From: Candidatus Nitrospinota bacterium M3_3B_026
Lineage (GTDB): Bacteria; Nitrospinota_A; UBA7883; JBPRGF01
Length of the DNA stretch: 64,000 nt
Direction of reading: 5' to 3'
Assembly (NCBI GenBank): GCA_051418015.1
Contig: JBPRGF010000031.1
Span: forward strand, 32,001 to 96,000
The stretch's first letter is position 1. Every line of letters begins with the position of its first letter. The notes beneath the pieces were generated by a model. It was not told where the DNA came from. It searched no databases and saw only the letters and a list, made by a program, of their open reading frames with translations. The position numbers were made by a program, and so were the translations under genes. Shown here piece after piece: positions 58,511-64,000 of this stretch.

Positions 58511-60457
58511 CTAGAACCCCCCCGCGATGAACCAGAAGCCGACAAGGAAAACGCCCCCGAAGACCATCGCCAGCGCGTAGTCCCGGATAAGGCCGGTCTG
58601 CGTCCTCCTGAACACGGAGCCGAACTGCATGAAGAACTCCGCCACGGCGTTGACGAAACCGTCTATGCCGCGGACGTCGAGGATTTTCCAGAGGACCGCG
58701 TCGGAGAACCGCACGATCGGCCGGACGATCACGGCGTCGTATATCTCGTCGACGTAGTACTTGTTCTTTATGACTGTGTATATTTTCGCCAGCCCGCTGT
58801 TTTCCAGCATAGCGTCCGCCGCCTCGGGCTTTGTGTAATAGAAATGCCGCGCGAGCAGTATCCCAAGAACCGCCACGCCGACGGACAGCGCCATCAGGAA
58901 AAGCTCGAGGCCGATGGAGGCGTGCGGATGCTCGGGCGCCTCGGCCACGTCGAACACCGGATGCAGGAAGTTGCTCAAAAGATGCCCGCCCTCTATCATC
59001 GGCAGACCCAAAAAGCCCCCCACGGCGGCCAGAATAGCCAGTACCATCAGCGGGACGGTCATGGAGTTCGGCGACTCGTGGACGTGCTCGCGGACGTGGT
59101 GGTCCTCGGCGCGAAGCTCGCCGGCGAAGGTCATGTAGTAAAGCCGGAACATGTAGAAGGCCGTGATACCCGCCGCGATCGTCGCCAGCAGCCAGTAGAC
59201 GACGTGTCCCGGCGTGTGCCCCAGGAAGGCCGACAGCAGTATCTCATCCTTGGAGAAAAAGCCGGACAGCACCGGGATGCCCGCTATCGCCAGCGTGGAG
59301 ACAAGGAACGTCCAGTGGGTGCTCGGCATCTTGTCCTTCAGCCCCCCCATCTGGCGCATGTCCTGCTCGCCGGACATTCCGTGGATGACCGAGCCGGAGC
59401 CGAGGAACAGACACGCCTTGAAGAAGGCGTGGGTCATGACGTGGAAAGCCGCCGCCACGTAGGCCCCCACGCCGCAGGCCAGGAACATGTAGCCGAGCTG
59501 GGAGACGGTGGAGTAGGCCAGCACCCGTTTTATATCGTCCTGGAAAAGCCCCATCGTCGCCGCGTAGAGGGCCGTAACGGCGCCGATGAGCCCCACCACC
59601 ACCATCGCCGCCGGGGCCATGTTGAAAAGGACCGCGCAGCGGGCGACCATGTAGATCCCCGCCGTCACCATCGTGGCCGCGTGGATCAGCGCGGAGACGG
59701 GCGTGGGGCCCTCCATGGCGTCCGGCAGCCAGGTGTAAAGGGGTATCTGGGCGCTCTTGCCGGCGGCGCCAAGGAAAAGCAGAAGCGCGATCCCCGTCGC
59801 CGCCGCGCCGCCGTAAACCAGGACGCCGGGCGCTTTCGAAAAGACCTCGGTGTAGTCTATCGTCCCGAAGGTCCAGAATATCCACATGATCGCCAGCAGG
59901 AAGCCGAAGTCGCCTATCCTGTTCATGACGAAGGCTTTTTTGCCCGCGTCTGAGGCGGACTGTTTGTCGTAGTAATAGCCGATCAGCAGGTAGGAGCAAA
60001 GCCCCACGCCCTCCCAGCCGATGAACATCAGCAGGAAGTTGTTCCCCAGCACCAGCAGGAGCATGGCGAACATGAACAGGTTCAGGTATGCGAAGAACCT
60101 GGGGTAGCCCTCCTCGTGGCTCATGTAGCCGGTGGAGTAGACATGGATCAGGAAGCCAACTCCGGTGACGATCAGCATCCACAGCCCCGAGAGGGGGTCG
60201 AGCTGGATCCCCGCCTCCGCCGTGAAGCCTCCCGCGCCTATCCAGGTGTAGAGGACGTTCTCGTAGACCCTGTGGTGAGGGTCGAGCGACAGCAGGTTCA
60301 CGAAGGCGACGACCGCGATGAGGAACGAAAGCCCCGTGGAGCCGATGGCGAAGAAGTTCACCCAGCGGCGGGATATCTTGAACCCCGCGACGCCGTTGAC
60401 TATCGCCCCGGCGAGCGGCAGAGCCGGAACCCACCAGATGTTCTCAAGACCCCACAT
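58511..60457 (-). CDS. nuoL: NADH-quinone oxidoreductase subunit L
   Basis: GKSAQIPLYTWLPDAMEGPTPVSALIHAATMV, HAFFKA. Confidence 0.96.
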   Translation of the reverse strand: MWGLENIWWVPALPLAGAIVNGVAGFKISRRWVNFFAIGSTGLSFLIAVVAFVNLLSLDPHHRVYENVLYTWIGAGGFTAEAGIQLDPLSGLWMLIVTGVGFLIHVYSTGYMSHEEGYPRFFAYLNLFMFAMLLLVLGNNFLLMFIGWEGVGLCSYLLIGYYYDKQSASDAGKKAFVMNRIGDFGFLLAIMWIFWTFGTIDYTEVFSKAPGVLVYGGAAATGIALLLFLGAAGKSAQIPLYTWLPDAMEGPTPVSALIHAATMVTAGIYMVARCAVLFNMAPAAMVVVGLIGAVTALYAATMGLFQDDIKRVLAYSTVSQLGYMFLACGVGAYVAAAFHVMTHAFFKACLFLGSGSVIHGMSGEQDMRQMGGLKDKMPSTHWTFLVSTLAIAGIPVLSGFFSKDEILLSAFLGHTPGHVVYWLLATIAAGITAFYMFRLYYMTFAGELRAEDHHVREHVHESPNSMTVPLMVLAILAAVGGFLGLPMIEGGHLLSNFLHPVFDVAEAPEHPHASIGLELFLMALSVGVAVLGILLARHFYYTKPEAADAMLENSGLAKIYTVIKNKYYVDEIYDAVIVRPIVRFSDAVLWKILDVRGIDGFVNAVAEFFMQFGSVFRRTQTGLIRDYALAMVFGGVFLVGFWFIAGGF

Positions 60458-60469
60458 GCCTTCCGCCCC

Positions 60470-60772
60470 CTATCCTTTAAGCTCGCTCACCTCGTCCATG
60501 TCCACCGTCTCGCGGTTTCTGAACATGGCAAGCAGTATGGCCAGCCCCACCGCCGCCTCCGCCGCGGCCACGGCCATGACCATGAACACGAAAACGTGCC
60601 CGGTCATGTCCCACATCAGCCGCGAAAAGGAGACGAACACGAGGTTCGCCGAGTTCATGATAAGCTCGATGGACATCATCACCACGATCACGTTGCGGCG
60701 CGTGAGCACACCCACGACGCCTATGGAAAAGAGGATCGCCGACAACGCCAGGTAATGGTTCACCGAAAGCAT
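60470..60772 (-). CDS. nuoK: NADH-quinone oxidoreductase subunit K
   Basis: RRN, IELIMN, AAAEAAVGLA. Confidence 0.95.
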   Translation of the reverse strand: MLSVNHYLALSAILFSIGVVGVLTRRNVIVVMMSIELIMNSANLVFVSFSRLMWDMTGHVFVFMVMAVAAAEAAVGLAILLAMFRNRETVDMDEVSELKG

Positions 60773-60776
60773 CGCG

Positions 60777-61280
<504 letters not shown>

Positions 61281-61281
61281 G

Positions 61282-61860
61282 TCACTCGTACCTGTCCTTG
61301 TTGAAGTATCTTTCCCTTATTACCTCAAGCCTCTTTTCAAGCGCGCTTTCGGGACGCAGAAGGGCTTTCTTGTCATAGACCATCCTGGAGCGGTCGTAAT
61401 CGCATATGTCAAAGTACTCGCCGCTCATCACTATCGCCTCCTTGGGGCAGGCCTCCTCGCAAAGCCCGCAGAAGATGCAGCGCGAGCCGTCCAGGATATA
61501 GGACTCCGGGTATCTCTCCCCGTTCTCCCTCTCCGCGCCGATTATGCTTATGCAATGGGCCGGGCAGACCGCCTCGCAAAGCCCGCAGGCGACGCATTTC
61601 TCCACCCCGTCCTCGTCGCGGGCCACCAGAACCGGCCGGCCCCTGTAAGAGGGCGGCGTCTCCGGCTTCTCCTCGGGGTAGTACATGGTCATGATCCTGC
61701 GCTTGCTCCGGCCGCCAGCCAGCTCGGCGAAAAACCCGGCCATGTTGTAAAAAAAGTGGCGCAGGGTTATCCCCATACCCCGGAGTATCTCCGGTATGTA
61801 AAGCCTCTCCCAGAAGGTCAGCTTTACGTTCCGGTCTACTTTCTTTATGCCTATGGTCAT
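61282..61860 (-). CDS. nuoI: NADH-quinone oxidoreductase subunit I
   Basis: YPEE, CVACGLCEAVCP, CIFCGLCEEACP. Confidence 0.95.
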   Translation of the reverse strand: MTIGIKKVDRNVKLTFWERLYIPEILRGMGITLRHFFYNMAGFFAELAGGRSKRRIMTMYYPEEKPETPPSYRGRPVLVARDEDGVEKCVACGLCEAVCPAHCISIIGAERENGERYPESYILDGSRCIFCGLCEEACPKEAIVMSGEYFDICDYDRSRMVYDKKALLRPESALEKRLEVIRERYFNKDRYE

Positions 61861-61873
61861 CTTCTCTAAAACC

Positions 61874-62965
61874 TCACGGCGTGGGCATTATCCCGGTGAG
61901 AACGCCCACGCCGACTATGAATATCCAGACCAGCGAAAGCGGCAGGATGATCTTCCACCCCAGCCTCATCACCTGGTCATAGCGGAACCTGGGCAGGGTC
62001 CACCTTATGGTCATCTGAGCGAATATCAGGGCTATCACCTTCAGCGTGAACGTGGCCAGCCCCACCAGGGCCGCCGCCAGGTTGCCCGCCGTCCCGCCGC
62101 CGAAAAGCTCCACAAGGGCCGCGTCGGATATCCCCGGCAGGTGATGCCCGCCGAAGAACATCACCGCGCACAGGGCGGCGATGGTGACCATCTCCACGAA
62201 CTCGGAGGTCCAGAACATGATGAACTTCATCCCGGAATACTCAGTGAAGTACCCCGCCACGAGCTCAGACTCCGCCTCGGGGACGTCGAAGGGCACTCTC
62301 TTGTTCTCCGCGATGGCGCAGGCGAAAAAGAGCAAAAAGGCCGGCCAGTGCCAGATGATCCCCCAGCTCCAGAAACTCTCCTGCTTGGCCACGATCTCCA
62401 CGAGGGAGAGCGACTGGTAATACATCACCAGGCCGATTATCGTAAGGCCCATGGTGACCTCGTAGGAGAACATCTGCGCCGACGCCCGCAGCGCGCCCAG
62501 CAGCGACCAGTTGTTGTTCGACGCCCAGCCGCCGACGACCACGCCGTAAGTGGCCAGCGACGATATGGCGAACACGAAGAGAACCCCGACGTCCAGGTCG
62601 GCCACAACGAAATTGACCTCCCGGCCCCAAAGCTCGTACCGCCCGCCGTAAGGGATCACCGCGAAGGCCGCCAGCGCCGGGATCAGCGCTACCAGCGGCG
62701 CTATCTTGAAAAGCGCCCTGTCCGCGCCCCGGGGCATGAAGTCCTCCTTGAACACAAGCTTTATCGCGTCGGCAAGGGAGTGGAAAAGCCCGATGATCGT
62801 GAAACCGAAGATAGCCGCCCGGTTCGCCCCCACCCTGTCCTGCATAACGGCCGACTGCTTGCGCTCCACCCACGCCAGCACCGGGGCGAAAAAGCCGACC
62901 GTCATGCCGAAGACCATGGCTATCTTGATAACGGTCTCCAGCAAGTCCAGAGCAAGCCCGCTCAT
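61874..62965 (-). CDS. nuoH: NADH-quinone oxidoreductase subunit H
   Basis: ERK, ADAIKL..KE, PFDVPEAESELVAG, PRFRYDQ. Confidence 0.95.
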   Translation of the reverse strand: MSGLALDLLETVIKIAMVFGMTVGFFAPVLAWVERKQSAVMQDRVGANRAAIFGFTIIGLFHSLADAIKLVFKEDFMPRGADRALFKIAPLVALIPALAAFAVIPYGGRYELWGREVNFVVADLDVGVLFVFAISSLATYGVVVGGWASNNNWSLLGALRASAQMFSYEVTMGLTIIGLVMYYQSLSLVEIVAKQESFWSWGIIWHWPAFLLFFACAIAENKRVPFDVPEAESELVAGYFTEYSGMKFIMFWTSEFVEMVTIAALCAVMFFGGHHLPGISDAALVELFGGGTAGNLAAALVGLATFTLKVIALIFAQMTIRWTLPRFRYDQVMRLGWKIILPLSLVWIFIVGVGVLTGIMPTP

Positions 62966-62966
62966 C

Positions 62967-64000
62967 TTACCTGTCGCACTCCCCGCCTATAAGGTTGATC
63001 ATGTCGAAGGTCGGTATCAGGTCGGCCAGCATGTGGCCCTTCACCAGCAACGGCAGCGCCGAGGTCAGCGCGAAAGAAGGCGGCCGCACCCGCATCTTCA
63101 AAGGCGTCCCGCCGCCGTTGGAGACGACGTAGAAGCCGAGCTCCCCGTTGGCGCCTTCCACCGCCTGGTAGGCCTCGCCCTTCGGGGGATGTTGTCCTTC
63201 TATGTTCTTTTTAAAATGATGTATCAGCGACTCGATGCTTTTGCCGGAATCGTCCTTAGACGGCTGGCGCCAGCGCGGGTCGCCCACGTTTATGGGCCCT
63301 TCCGGGATCCTCTCAAGGCACTGTTCGACGATCCTTATAGACTGGCGTATCTCCTCCATGCGGATGAGGTACCTGTCGAAGTTGTCCCCCGTGGAGCCGA
63401 CCGGGATGTCGAAATCGAGATCGCCGTAGATAAGGTAGGGCTGGGCCCGGCGCACGTCGTAGGGGACGCCGCAGGCGCGCAGGCACGGGCCGGTGAAGCC
63501 CCACTGCAGCGCGTCCTCCTTCGATATCCCGCCGACGTCCCGCATCCTGTCCAGGAATATCCTGTTCTTCGTCAGAAGCTTGTTGAACTCGTCCCAGAGC
63601 TTTTTGTTCTTCTCGAAGACGCGGGCCACGTCGTCCTCAAAACCCTCCGGCAGGTCGGCCGCCACGCCGCCTATGCGGATGTAGTTGTGAGTCAGCCGCG
63701 CGCCGCACACGGACTCTATCAGGTCCCAGAGCAGCTCGCGGGCCTCGACGAAGTAGAGGAAAGCCGTCATCGCGCCAAGCTCCAGCGCCGCCGCGGCCAG
63801 ACATGTGTAGTGGCCGGACAGGCGCCCCATCTCGCTGACGATCGTTCTTATGTACTTGAGGCGTTCGGGGACTTCTATGCCTATAAGCTTCTCCACCGCC
63901 AGGGCGTATCCGACGTTGTTGGTGACCGACGCAGTGTAGTCCAGCCTGTCGGTGTAGGGAAAAACGCCGTCCCATTTCTGGTTTTCGCACTCTTTTTCGA
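62967..64000 (-). CDS. nuoD: NADH-quinone oxidoreductase subunit D, 5' partial
   Basis: YTDRLDY near the window edge, GARLT, GDNFDRY, EGANGELG, GECDR C-terminus. Confidence 0.95.
   Translation of the reverse strand, partial: EKECENQKWDGVFPYTDRLDYTASVTNNVGYALAVEKLIGIEVPERLKYIRTIVSEMGRLSGHYTCLAAAALELGAMTAFLYFVEARELLWDLIESVCGARLTHNYIRIGGVAADLPEGFEDDVARVFEKNKKLWDEFNKLLTKNRIFLDRMRDVGGISKEDALQWGFTGPCLRACGVPYDVRRAQPYLIYGDLDFDIPVGSTGDNFDRYLIRMEEIRQSIRIVEQCLERIPEGPINVGDPRWRQPSKDDSGKSIESLIHHFKKNIEGQHPPKGEAYQAVEGANGELGFYVVSNGGGTPLKMRVRPPSFALTSALPLLVKGHMLADLIPTFDMINLIGGECDR

Overview
GC-rich chromosomal window from a flagellated Gram-negative bacterium (Kdo genes, sigma54 and sigma28 promoters, multiheme cytochromes); the taxon cannot be fixed from sequence alone. 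The backbone is housekeeping: thpR, queF, kdsA-pyrG-kdsB, wcaJ-like, fliD region, speB, clpB, dinB, argB, xerC, nrdJ, a GAF-GGDEF cyclase and nuoD-H-I-J-K-L-M-N. Three accessory features stand out. (1) A ~15 kb co-oriented Mu-like virion cluster (34276-49139) has terminase, portal, protease/scaffold, capsid, adaptor, tail-tip/fibre genes and an endolysin. I see no transposase, replication, sheath, tube or full tape-measure genes. It carries host palindromic repeats, a deviant terminase Walker B and a capsid with a signal-like N-terminus, so it is a candidate domesticated GTA-like particle; an orphan cI/cro-like pair lies ~6 kb away. (2) A sigma54-driven tandem pair of OmcE-like cytochromes each has a fifth heme motif, followed by a truncated third copy and an unannotated sigma54-dependent sRNA candidate. 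(3) An AT-rich P-loop ATPase is wedged between the wcaJ-like gene and kdsB. Family assignments come from motif recognition by eye; no searches were run.
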